A DNA stretch of 64,000 bases, from the NCBI GenBank assembly GCA_051532035.1, contig JAOPTW010000013.1, positions 160,001 through 224,000 on the forward strand, in the 5' to 3' direction. Below the pieces are notes generated by a model. The model had not been told where the DNA came from and did not search any database. It saw nothing but the letters and a program-made list of their open reading frames with translations. The DNA comes from Fibrobacterales bacterium. Its GTDB lineage: Bacteria; Fibrobacterota; Fibrobacteria; Fibrobacterales; JAOPTW01. Shown one piece after another: positions 51,131 through 60,480 of the stretch (the stretch's first letter is position 1; the number at the start of each line of letters is the position of its first letter). Position numbers and translations under genes: made by a program.

Positions 51131-51547
51131 CTATTTCGGAAAAGGCTTGTAAGTTCTTCTATGAAAGTCGACATAATCAGTTAATGGGTGTATTTGTACT
51201 TTAAATGGTGTTGAACTTGTCCCAACAAAGTTTGGTGGAATAGAAGAAAGTATAACTAATGTGGAATCATTCTTCCAATTATAAAACACTTGTCCGTTTT
51301 GGAAATTAGCTATAGCATTATCTTCATATTTGATGGAATATATTGTATCAGCATCATTTATTACTTCATTAATGAAGGATAATTGGAAAAGATATCCTGG
51401 GGATTCAACAATAAATGTAGTTGGGATTCTTACATTAACTTTTACAAATATCACGCATAGTAAAATTATTATAATTGCAAGAATGATGTACAGTCGTTTC
51501 AATTTATGCCTATCGTGGTAGATGTTGTTCCACTTCTCGCGTTGCAT
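51131..51547 (-). CDS. Hypothetical membrane-anchored protein
   Basis: Single N-terminal TM helix; AAGAG upstream of the ATG. Confidence 0.65.
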   Translation of the reverse strand: MQREKWNNIYHDRHKLKRLYIILAIIIILLCVIFVKVNVRIPTTFIVESPGYLFQLSFINEVINDADTIYSIKYEDNAIANFQNGQVFYNWKNDSTLVILSSIPPNFVGTSSTPFKVQIHPLTDYVDFHRRTYKPFPK

Positions 51548-51548
51548 A

Positions 51549-51665
51549 TAACTCTTATTATACAGAAGGTTGGTTTATGACAAATAATCTAGCAATTTCC
51601 AAATATTCCAGTACCCTTCCCCACTTCTGATCACTCATTCCAATTGAATTAAACCATTTTCAATA
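51549..51665. repeat. Repeat family A left end (diverged)
   Basis: TAACTCTTATTA..CAAATAATCTAGC..GTACCCTTCCC..CTGATCACTCATTC, similar to 48681-48780. Confidence 0.7.
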
Positions 51666-52272
51666 GATAATAACAAAAGACGGTATTATACCGACCACCT
51701 CATAATTCCCCTTGTCTTATACACACCATTTCCGGGGAATACTCAGGTACTTAAATACAGAAGTATGGAACGGACATCGCCGCTCCTCAACGAGCTCTCA
51801 AGCCTCCAGGCCACCGTTTATTTTGCCGACACACAGATGAAAGAAAAGAAAGCCATCCGAGACCAGATCATAAACCTACTGAGAGCCCCTATTAAAGATA
51901 TACGTGACTGGGCCGATATCGCCTTTAGTAAAGCACACACTATCCAGAAGCAGTTTAATAGTGAGTATTATAGAAAACAGTATTTAAAACGAAAGAAGTG
52001 GGCCGGGTGATTTTGTTTAATGAGACACATAAACTGGGCATGTAGCACTAAAATAATCCACAATTTCCCCATCCATTCTACTTCTTCTGCTCTCTTCATT
52101 TTCTGATTGATAGTAGGCTTCATAATCAGCCATAGGAGGTAATGAATCTCGAAGCAAATCTTTAGGCAAGTGTTAACCATTCACTTGAATGAAAGGAGTG
52201 TAGAAGAAAAGTAAAAATTTTTGAGGGGAATCAAGATTCCTTACTTGACTACAGGGGCCTTCTTAACAAATA

Positions 52273-52298
52273 CCCCATGAGGATCATTCCTCATGGGG
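52273..52298. other. Perfect GC-rich hairpin next to the terminator
   Basis: CCCCATGAGGA-TCAT-TCCTCATGGGG. Confidence 0.7.
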
Positions 52299-52305
52299 CA
52301 GTATC

Positions 52306-52339
52306 AAAAAAAGGAGATCCCATTCAGGATCTCCTTTTT
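52306..52339 (-). terminator. Rho-independent terminator of the 52377-53078 gene
   Basis: AAAAAAAGGAGATCC-CATTCA-GGATCTCCTTTTT. Confidence 0.85.
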
Positions 52340-52376
52340 GTACTTCGTATTTTTAATCTAAAGACAAGAACAGGAT

Positions 52377-53078
52377 TTATTCAAGCAATTGTGATCCTGA
52401 ACCAAGACTAACCCAACCATATATATGTCCACCATGACCGTCATGAGCTTTTACACATGCAGAGATAACAGTAGTCTGAGTGTAGTGTCCATTAGTTTCT
52501 GCGATAATGCTACCAATATTGTCATAAGTACAATCAGGTTTTGGTACTCCACCCCAGTCGCTATAATTTCTAAGGTCAAGTGATTTTGCTTTAACATGCA
52601 TATCGTTATCTGTAAACACTTCTACTTCAAACAAAGAAAAACCATATGTTGTCTTTCTTGTATCTAATACGATTTTTACATAACGGTGGTTTGAAAAGTC
52701 TGCAACAATTTCTTGGATACCAGCGTTATCATTGCTATAAGATCGTGATCTACGATTACCATCCCAATCAATGCCATCATTAGATACCTGTATTTTAAAC
52801 GCGGTTGCAAAAGCAGCTTCCCAGTTCAATGTGATTTTGTCGATGTACTTACGCGAACCAAGATCAATGATTATTTCTTGGTTATCTAAAAATTCAGATG
52901 CCCAACGAGTACCAGTATTTCCATCAACAAGATTAGATGCAGGATATTCCCATGATTCAGTTGTTGACGCTGTAACTGTTGCTCCCTGAGAAACAAGTTC
53001 GTAGTCTGCTGCTGTTGCAAAAGATGCTGTTACGGCAAGTGTGAGTAATGATGCTTTAATAATGTGTCCCAATTTCAT
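52377..53078 (-). CDS. Secreted F5/8 type C (discoidin/CBM32) domain protein
   Basis: Signal peptide and SD AAGGAG; DGNTGTRWAS, IIIDLG, LNWEAA and YGFSLFEVEVF. Confidence 0.9.
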   Translation of the reverse strand: MKLGHIIKASLLTLAVTASFATAADYELVSQGATVTASTTESWEYPASNLVDGNTGTRWASEFLDNQEIIIDLGSRKYIDKITLNWEAAFATAFKIQVSNDGIDWDGNRRSRSYSNDNAGIQEIVADFSNHRYVKIVLDTRKTTYGFSLFEVEVFTDNDMHVKAKSLDLRNYSDWGGVPKPDCTYDNIGSIIAETNGHYTQTTVISACVKAHDGHGGHIYGWVSLGSGSQLLE

Positions 53079-53186
53079 TGGATTCTCCTTTGTAGTGTGT
53101 CATTTAATATTTGTGTGTGTGCTACAGAAACAAAGGTAGTTCATGATTTTTGTGCTGAAAGAGGTGAACGCCCATTGCACTAAAAC

Positions 53187-53230
53187 AGCGTACTCAAAGC
53201 GTACTCAAAGCTTACTTTAAGTGCATTTAA
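53187..53230. promoter_or_regulatory. 11-bp tandem direct repeats, candidate regulator-binding site
   Basis: AGCGTACTCAA AGCGTACTCAA AGCTTACTTTA AGTGCATTTAA, ~110 bp upstream of the CBM32 gene. Confidence 0.5.
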
Positions 53231-53600
53231 AGGTTCACTCATCCTCACCCATCTCACCGAATAAGCTATAGAGCCATCCAAGTCCCTCAGATTATAGGGC
53301 ACCCCAACAAAAAAGCACCCATCCCAAAGGACAGGTGCTTAACATCAATAAAAGTGACTAACCGGATAACCCTTACGAACAAAACCACTCGACCTCTTAC
53401 CAAGAAGGAGGATGGTATTCTGTTTTATAAATAATATCAAAATATTTAATACCTTCAGGTACTCGTATAAAATCTGTATAATTGTCTTTTCTTGGATATT
53501 TGTGCATATCATCTGAATGAGGCATAGTACCAGGCGTATATGACTAATATAAGTATCGAAAAGATTACCATTATTGACTTATTAGAAATGTGTAAGAAAG

Positions 53601-53828
53601 GCGCTCACAATTTGGGAGCGGAAACAACGCAAATAGAGGTAACCCCATATAGAGCGTTAGAGGTGAAACCTATTGTTATAAGAAGAGATATATACCTAAG
53701 AAGTTCATCATGAACAAGCCACTCTATCAAGCCTTTGCCTATCCAACCATTTTCATTGGCTTTTAATTTTTATGATGACGGGATGCCTCTTCGATTAGAA
53801 TCGGCAATAAGTTATGAGTCGGCTGATG
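53601..53828 (+). pseudogene. Degenerate duplicate of the promoter and 5' end of the vWA lipoprotein gene
   Basis: Clear similarity to 55217-55410 (ATGAACAAGCCACTCTATCAAGCC...), frameshifted, then jumps to a match with ~55720-55755 (TTAGAATCGG..AGTTATGAGTCG). Confidence 0.85.
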
Positions 53829-53916
53829 AAATTGTCGGTATATCTACTATTGGTTTCTATTGTATTATTTAGCCACTTAGCCAAGGCGGCACATCAGGTT
53901 TCACGTTAGTCAAACA

Positions 53917-55071
53917 CTAATAATAGGGCGTCGCCCAAATGTCACCTTCAGGAATATTCCTTTTTACCTGCATTAAATAACGCTTGGTCACTTTGCCTTT
54001 ATGCCAATATTTATCATACACCATTCCGAGTCCTTTTTTATATAGGATATCTGCTATTCCTCCATCGTCATCTCTTCTTTGGATGTACAATAAATCGGTA
54101 TAATCACAAAAATATGAACTGAATGTTTCATCAGTAGCTTTAACCAGGTATTCACTTTCGTTATAGTCCCAGGACTTACCTTTAGCCATAGAATCTATGA
54201 GCACAAGGTCGCCATAAAGCATCAGTGAATCATTAGAATATGACAATCCTAGACCTCTATTTTTTAGGTAAATATACGCAGTACAATCTGTTACTGAATT
54301 ACAGTCAGTCCCTTCAATGTAGTTAAACGTGCCATCACTGAAGATATATTGAGTTTCCTCTACTATAGGAAAATAGCTGGTGTTTCCATCAAAACCTTCA
54401 CAAACCAGACTATCTACCCAGTTATCTTTATCCACATCAATTTCAAAGGTTAAGTAGCTTGCATCAAAATATGGCTCCGCTTCAATTATGGTATATGAAG
54501 CACTTTCAGATATTGAAAATGCATTTGGTACGCTCAAACTTATAGCTTCTTCCTTGAAGGTAAAAACATAGTGTGGAGCAAGACTTATACGATCTCCCCA
54601 ATTGAGAAAAATGCTATCCTGAGGGATTTCTGATACATCGGTCAAATAATTCATCACACATTTGAGGCGGTTAGTATCTTCTTTTTCACATGATCCTTTT
54701 AAGATAGAGAATGATCCACTCCCCCCGCCTCCTGCTGTACTAAGCCCGGAAAACTCATATACTATAGAATCATTGGGGAATAAAAATATCGTGCTCTTAT
54801 CGTTTGTACCACTCAGTTCTGATGTATAGGTGCCATCAGCATCAATCCACTTCCCCACCAAATGGGTAAAATAATCGGGTTTATCAGGTGTAGATGATGA
54901 AGGTTCTGCAGTTGCCGCAACAGAACTGCTTTCAACTGACTGCAGAGACGATAGAGAACTGCTACTTGATATACTGTTCTGACCGGCTGCAGCCACTGTA
55001 TTAGCTGTATTTTCAGAACATGCTGTTATTGCAATGGTTAAACATGATATTATTCCCAATACTATCTTCAT
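53917..55071 (-). CDS. Hypothetical lipoprotein with Ser-rich linker
   Basis: Probable ATG at 55071 (MKIVLG); lipobox ITAC; poly-Ser linker. Confidence 0.8.
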   Translation of the reverse strand: MKIVLGIISCLTIAITACSENTANTVAAAGQNSISSSSSLSSLQSVESSSVAATAEPSSSTPDKPDYFTHLVGKWIDADGTYTSELSGTNDKSTIFLFPNDSIVYEFSGLSTAGGGGSGSFSILKGSCEKEDTNRLKCVMNYLTDVSEIPQDSIFLNWGDRISLAPHYVFTFKEEAISLSVPNAFSISESASYTIIEAEPYFDASYLTFEIDVDKDNWVDSLVCEGFDGNTSYFPIVEETQYIFSDGTFNYIEGTDCNSVTDCTAYIYLKNRGLGLSYSNDSLMLYGDLVLIDSMAKGKSWDYNESEYLVKATDETFSSYFCDYTDLLYIQRRDDDGGIADILYKKGLGMVYDKYWHKGKVTKRYLMQVKRNIPEGDIWATPYY

Positions 55072-55214
55072 ACTGCCCTCTGACTTTGGTAAAGACAAAA
55101 ATGTAGTTTATAATTGATTTATTACAAGAATTGAAAATATACCACCGGTTAAGATCCCTTTGTTGCAAGACAAGATATCCGATGTATGATTAATATCAAA
55201 CAGCTCTATCGCTG

Positions 55215-55237
55215 TCCGCTCACAAATTGTGAGCGGA
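55215..55237. promoter_or_regulatory. Perfect 23-bp palindrome, candidate operator (lacO-like half-sites)
   Basis: TCCGCTCACAA-A-TTGTGAGCGGA in a divergent intergenic region; related copies at ~53602 and ~59727. Confidence 0.6.
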
Positions 55238-55324
55238 AACAACGAAAATAGATGTAAACCCATATATACCACTTCAGGAGAAACCTATTTTTATAGGAAG
55301 AGATATATACCTAAGAGGTTCATC

Positions 55325-56965
55325 ATGAACAAGCCACTCTATCAAGCCATTGCCTATCAAACTATTTTCATTGCGCTCTTATTTTTTATGATGACGGGCT
55401 GCCTCTTCGACACCGAAGAAACCTCACCTTCTGTTGGCGCAACCTCTTCTGATGCATCTTCCAGTACAGAAGAGCTCCTTTCCAGTGAAGCTCTATCGAC
55501 CCCTAAAACGGTACTATTCTTGCAAACAGAGCATTCAGATACCGTACCAAGGGCACTCCCTGAGATTACCTCAAAAGAATATACTGCTATTGAAACGTCC
55601 AACCCAACAAGCGTCATGGATACGGTCGATAGTGAAACCGGCGCTTTTATAACACACTCTGCACACGGCCTCAACAATGATGGCACCATTCGAAGTACCG
55701 ATGAGTTGTATGATAAATCATTAGAATCGGAAGTTAGTTATGAGTCGACAGATGGTTCTGGTACTACCAGCGGTCCTGCCGATGGCCCACCCTCTGGCGG
55801 TGGCGATGGTGCAGGAACAGGGGCTGGTGCTGGCGGTAGTGCTGGAGTTGCTGTTGATGATGCGTATTATGATTATGATAGTGATGAAATTATCATTGAA
55901 GAGGACCTATCAAATACCCAAGCTACAGCACGACAATTAACTGCCGCAGAATGGTATGATCACGCCCATTGGTCTGAATTTAGAACGTTTCTCTATACCT
56001 ACCCTGAGTACTATGAAGAATGGGGGCTCAATGTTCAAAAAAGGGTCATTATTACCCTGAAAGATAGCGTAGGGGTAAATATCCCCGATGCACGAATTGT
56101 CATTAAAAAGGGAGATAACACCGTTTTTAAAGGGCGCTCAACTGCTAATGGTACCGTTGTATTCTTCCCTCTTGTTGATGAACAAGAAGAGATCACCTAT
56201 GACGTATCTATTTTTAGAGAGAATGATTTTTTTACTACTACATTTATGGCCACTGATGATGATGACCAGCTTTGGGTTACAACACTTCCCGTTGTGCAAG
56301 AGGTGTCAACACCGGCGGTTGACATTGTGTTTACTATAGATGTTACCGGAAGTATGGGTGATGAACTCAATTACCTTAAAGAAGAACTCCTTGATATTAC
56401 CGAAAAAATTATGGATGAACAGATTGCTGGTATTCGCCTCGGGCTCATTTTTTATAAAGACCGCTCTGACGATTTCATAACCAAAGGCTGGGACCTTACC
56501 GACGACCTCCAAACAGTACAGGCCAATATGGAAACAATGCAAGCGGGTGGTGGCGGCGACTTCCCTGAGTCGGTAAACCAAGCGCTCAAAGAGTCTATGC
56601 AAGCTATGGACTGGAAAGAGAGTGCTGCAATTCGCCTCAACTTTCTTATTGCCGACGCGCCTCCAAATAGTTATGACGATGAGCAGTATACCTATATTGA
56701 TGCCACCCGTGAAGCAACCGAAAAAGGAGTTAAAATCATAACGGTAGCAGCAAGTGGCATAGACCGAACCACTGAATACCTCTTCCGCTCAATTGCCGTT
56801 GCCACAATGGGTAAGTACATATACTTAACCGATCACTCAGGCATTGGTGGTGGTCACCTCGAAGCAGAAGTGAGTGAAATGAAGGTTGAAACCTTAAACG
56901 AAATACTCACACGTACTATTAAAGAGGAGATCGCTCTTTGGCCAGGACTCGCCCCTGTGCAATAA
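55325..56965 (+). CDS. von Willebrand factor A domain lipoprotein
   Basis: Probable ATG at 55325 after AGAGG; lipobox MTGC; Gly/acidic linker; DIVFTIDVTGSM (MIDAS-like), GGGDFPE and IADAPP. Confidence 0.9.
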   Translation: MNKPLYQAIAYQTIFIALLFFMMTGCLFDTEETSPSVGATSSDASSSTEELLSSEALSTPKTVLFLQTEHSDTVPRALPEITSKEYTAIETSNPTSVMDTVDSETGAFITHSAHGLNNDGTIRSTDELYDKSLESEVSYESTDGSGTTSGPADGPPSGGGDGAGTGAGAGGSAGVAVDDAYYDYDSDEIIIEEDLSNTQATARQLTAAEWYDHAHWSEFRTFLYTYPEYYEEWGLNVQKRVIITLKDSVGVNIPDARIVIKKGDNTVFKGRSTANGTVVFFPLVDEQEEITYDVSIFRENDFFTTTFMATDDDDQLWVTTLPVVQEVSTPAVDIVFTIDVTGSMGDELNYLKEELLDITEKIMDEQIAGIRLGLIFYKDRSDDFITKGWDLTDDLQTVQANMETMQAGGGGDFPESVNQALKESMQAMDWKESAAIRLNFLIADAPPNSYDDEQYTYIDATREATEKGVKIITVAASGIDRTTEYLFRSIAVATMGKYIYLTDHSGIGGGHLEAEVSEMKVETLNEILTRTIKEEIALWPGLAPVQ

Positions 56966-57081
56966 CACCTTTCTTAGTAACTCCCTCTACCAATGTGTTG
57001 CCACATTTTGAGCAGGCCTCTTCGATAGAGGCTGTAACCAATAATACTCTTAGGAGTGTCCCTATTCTAATCGCTGACTAC

Positions 57082-59004
57082 TTATTGCTCGATAAATTGA
57101 ACCCAATCAGTATTAAAATCTTTACCAACAAACTGAAACTTCACTGTCCCCGTGCCTGCTTTTAAGCTAAAAGTACCCGTAGAAAGAAGGGTCCATTTTT
57201 CCCACCCTCCCGTAGTCTTTTGCGTAAATATCTTATCCACGAAGGTCGGTGATTGTTTATTCCACAGAAATTGAAATTCATTGATAGTATTTGAAAGGGC
57301 ATCGGCATAGCGAATTTTCATTTTGTAGTTCCCTGCTTTTAACGTAACGGTATCGAAGAAGAGTTTTTCATTACTATTACTCAACCCACCCGCATACTTG
57401 TATCCAGTACCCTTAAAGGTGATACGCTCATTTCTCGTTGCATGTTCTAATTCAAAGTGATACAGACCCTTACTTGGTACAGACTCATTTCCCACGGCAT
57501 CATACGCTGTCACCTGTATTCTGCCCGATTTAAATAAAGAAGTCTTAATATCAAAATACGTTTGAGCTGTTTTGGCAAATACCGACCCATTCTTATAGAT
57601 TTTGTAGCCGACCACCTTTTGGTTGTCAGTTGAAGCAGTCCAACTGAGTCTAAACGATGTATTTGCCGTCGTACCCTGACTTGTTTTGAGTGTAAGAGGT
57701 TTTGTTGGTGGTGAGATATCACCGATATATACTGGAGTAATAACCACATTTCCCCCAGTAATGCTCACAGTAGTCGATTTCGCATCAAATTTGCCAAAGA
57801 CCACCACCCCCGCTCCACTCACTTTTTTCCATTTTTTGAACGTGAAGCCAGACTCTAAGGAGACGGATATATTTTCTGCTTTGCCCGTTTCAACCACCCG
57901 TGTAGATGCTCCAATAAGAGTGCCACCTCTGGCTGTATTTATCACAAGCGTATAAGTAACGCTCATTTCACTTGAGCTTACCGCTTCTGAGCTCGAAACA
58001 ACGACGGCGCTACTTGGACTGACAGACTCTGAACTTGAAACAACAACAGCGCTACTTGGACTGACAGACTCAGAACTTGAAACAACAACAGCGCTACTTG
58101 AACTGACAGACTCAGAACTTGAAACAACGACAGCACTACTAGAGCTAACGGGCTCTGAACTTGAAACAACGACGACACTACTGGAACTGATAGGCTCTGA
58201 GCTCGAAATAACGATAGCACTGCTTGACGAGATAGACTCAGAACTTAAAATTACGACGGTACTGCTCACACCTTCGGTTACTGAACTCGAAACAATAACG
58301 ACAGCACTTGAACTGATAGAAGAGGTACTTGAACCTACTGACGTTGAGATCGATAGTGTTGATGTACTCAACGATGATGACGATATGGGTGGCATAGGTA
58401 CAGAGCTACTCATTCCTACTGCCAAATTACTGCTCTCCCTGGAATTTGATGATACAACAGCTCCTACGGCACCGATGCTACTCGAAGAGGACCCGCCTGT
58501 ATTAAGAGCCTGATCATAACTACTATAGGTAAACTCTATTATTCCTTCAGTTGACTCACTCACTACCCTATTTGCACCAAGCACTCTGCTTTTTGCTTTT
58601 TTAACTTCGAGATCAGCAGCGTCAATTAATTCTTGGGTCGCACCGCTCTCTACAATACGGATTAATTCTAATTCCATTACTGCTACATTTTTAACTTCTT
58701 TATCGACAAACAATTGTGCCGTTTCTTGTAACTGAATTTTTTGTTCTTCAATGGTTTGTTCAAGTATGAGTCGTTCCTCAGCTGATATACTGCTATTGCT
58801 TTGGTGCTCCGCTTCTAATGATAGAATTGATTCTCTCAACTCGCGAAGAGACGATTCAGTAATGGGTATGTTTTGGATTGCTGAACTAGCATCGCCTCCA
58901 AAATCACTCGCATCTATTGGTTCAATGCCTGCTGAGCACCCAATAATCCAAGTGACTATTCCCAGCCAAAGGCCTACCTTAGTTACAATAGTAGTATACT
59001 TCAT
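57082..59004 (-). CDS. Lipoprotein with coiled-coil, Ser/Val repeats, fibronectin type III and CBM6/CBM35-like domains
   Basis: Probable ATG at 59004 after GGAG; lipobox IIGC; DISPPTKP..LSWTASTDNQKVVGYKIY (Fn3); Y.MKIRYA..TGGWEKW..NTDWVQF (CBM6/35-like). Confidence 0.85.
   Translation of the reverse strand: MKYTTIVTKVGLWLGIVTWIIGCSAGIEPIDASDFGGDASSAIQNIPITESSLRELRESILSLEAEHQSNSSISAEERLILEQTIEEQKIQLQETAQLFVDKEVKNVAVMELELIRIVESGATQELIDAADLEVKKAKSRVLGANRVVSESTEGIIEFTYSSYDQALNTGGSSSSSIGAVGAVVSSNSRESSNLAVGMSSSVPMPPISSSSLSTSTLSISTSVGSSTSSISSSAVVIVSSSVTEGVSSTVVILSSESISSSSAIVISSSEPISSSSVVVVSSSEPVSSSSAVVVSSSESVSSSSAVVVSSSESVSPSSAVVVSSSESVSPSSAVVVSSSEAVSSSEMSVTYTLVINTARGGTLIGASTRVVETGKAENISVSLESGFTFKKWKKVSGAGVVVFGKFDAKSTTVSITGGNVVITPVYIGDISPPTKPLTLKTSQGTTANTSFRLSWTASTDNQKVVGYKIYKNGSVFAKTAQTYFDIKTSLFKSGRIQVTAYDAVGNESVPSKGLYHFELEHATRNERITFKGTGYKYAGGLSNSNEKLFFDTVTLKAGNYKMKIRYADALSNTINEFQFLWNKQSPTFVDKIFTQKTTGGWEKWTLLSTGTFSLKAGTGTVKFQFVGKDFNTDWVQFIEQ
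57980..58320 (-). repeat. 42-bp coding tandem repeat (VVVSSSESVSxSSA)
   Basis: About seven to eight units, the central ones near-identical in DNA (GAACTTGAAACAACAACAGCGCTACTTGGACTGACAGACTC...). Confidence 0.9.
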
Positions 59005-59230
59005 ACTTGCTCCCCCTACCATTCACAATCCATATATAATGGAGGGTGTTTATGATACATGCGTAATGTGATAGATACCAATATATAACTTCTGCTACCA
59101 TTCCGCTGTGGAGTCCGGTTCTATTAATAACTATTTACAAACGCGAATGGTTTGAGTACAAATAAGAAGGCAATTGCGGTGTAATAAAGGACGTATCCAC
59201 TCATAACTCATTCTCTATAGTGTGAAACGT

Positions 59231-59638
59231 TTATTCAATCAAGTTGATTATTTGTGTAATCTCAATAACATCAATAAATATGAGATTTGAATAATCATTA
59301 CATGCTTTATTGTTTGAATGATATGTGTTCGTGATACCGAACTTGTCTGAAATATCGATTTGGTATGAAACGGCATCTTCTTGACATGACAATTCTGAAG
59401 TAGTAGTAGAAACGGAAGTTAATATATCTTTAATCTCCACAGGCAATGATTGAGAAGTATATTCAAATTTAGAATATCGTTCTTCGGTGGTAGGCGTGTA
59501 ACCGTTAAACCTTGTGATGATAAGAGACGTACTTTGAGTTGACCATATTAAATTGTGGTCTGTAGCATCGGAATCGTTTCCCGTAGTGCAGCCGATCAAA
59601 ACAAAAAATATTGATATTGTCAAAAATCTACATAGCAT
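59231..59638 (-). CDS. Small hypothetical lipoprotein
   Basis: Lipobox LIGC; SD AAGGT. Confidence 0.75.
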   Translation of the reverse strand: MLCRFLTISIFFVLIGCTTGNDSDATDHNLIWSTQSTSLIITRFNGYTPTTEERYSKFEYTSQSLPVEIKDILTSVSTTTSELSCQEDAVSYQIDISDKFGITNTYHSNNKACNDYSNLIFIDVIEITQIINLIE

Positions 59639-59726
59639 AAGTTTTACCTTTTAAGTTAACAATGGTAATCAAATATATGATTATAGCTTAATTAGATCAA
59701 TAATAGGCATATAAGGAGTGGGGTTT

Positions 59727-59756
59727 CCGTTCTCAAATTGTGAGCAGATGACAATT
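59727..59756. promoter_or_regulatory. Diverged copy of the lacO-like motif
   Basis: CCGTTCTCAAATTGTGAGCAGATGACAATT in a divergent intergenic region. Confidence 0.45.
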
Positions 59757-59919
59757 CTAAGTTGCGTATAACAGTTTAATTGAGCGGAAAATTCAGATTA
59801 GAATTCTTCAAATTAATTAAATTTTATTTACCCATTTTTCAAACGGTTCAAAGTGGCTCCATCAAATGACAATCCAAGAGTATTGAGATCATCCAAAGGT
59901 ACCCGCATAGGGCTGTCTA

Positions 59920-60399
59920 TTGTATCTCCCCTATTTAGTACTCATGATCGCACTCGGAATACGAGCCTCTTTAGAATACCACATACTTGAATGGCAAAAC
60001 GTATGGGTACCCTTTTCCCTCAGTTCCCTGGTAATTGTGGGATGTATCGTCTACTCTTTTAAAGAGATCCATAGAAAATGGCTTCAAATTGCCTCCATAG
60101 TACTCGTATCTTGTTTTTATGGCTTTGGTGCCACAATTATATTAAATGGCATACTAGATAGCTCCAAGGGCACTATTCAGTACGTACAGGTGGTTAACAA
60201 ATCGATATCAAAAGGTGCCGGTAAAGATCGTAGAACGACCTATCATCTAGATCTTGCCCCATGGGGTTCACGAACTGAAGTGGAAGACTTTTCAATATCT
60301 AAGTGGGTATATGATAAAGCCTATAAGGGTGGTTCAGTTATCATTTATATTAACGATGGCGGCCTTGGAATCAAATATTTTCATATTGAGAATCGTTGA
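59920..60399 (+). CDS. Hypothetical membrane protein (start uncertain, possibly 5'-truncated)
   Basis: TM helices then an OB-like soluble tail; TTG start with no clear SD. Confidence 0.55.
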   Translation: MYLPYLVLMIALGIRASLEYHILEWQNVWVPFSLSSLVIVGCIVYSFKEIHRKWLQIASIVLVSCFYGFGATIILNGILDSSKGTIQYVQVVNKSISKGAGKDRRTTYHLDLAPWGSRTEVEDFSISKWVYDKAYKGGSVIIYINDGGLGIKYFHIENR

Positions 60400-60480
60400 T
60401 AATTATCACTTAAATCAATAGCAAGACAGCATGTCATAACACGTCTCATTCCGTTGATTACTTGCCGCTCCAACGCTTTG

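Noticed and set aside
51765..52180. ORFs of 81 aa (+) and 70 aa (-)
   Set aside because: Short, overlapping and without recognisable family; the 81-aa one could be a gene remnant, but evidence is insufficient.
55229..55324. GTG start and N-terminal extension of the vWA ORF given in the track
   Set aside because: It begins inside the palindrome; ATG 55325 has an SD and gives a proper lipoprotein signal peptide.
57980..58320. Possible CRISPR array
   Set aside because: Units are contiguous with no unique spacers and encode an in-frame Ser/Val repeat.
59736..59756. Cloning-vector lacO contamination
   Set aside because: Two mismatches to lacO1, no flanking vector sequence, and related diverged copies elsewhere in native context.
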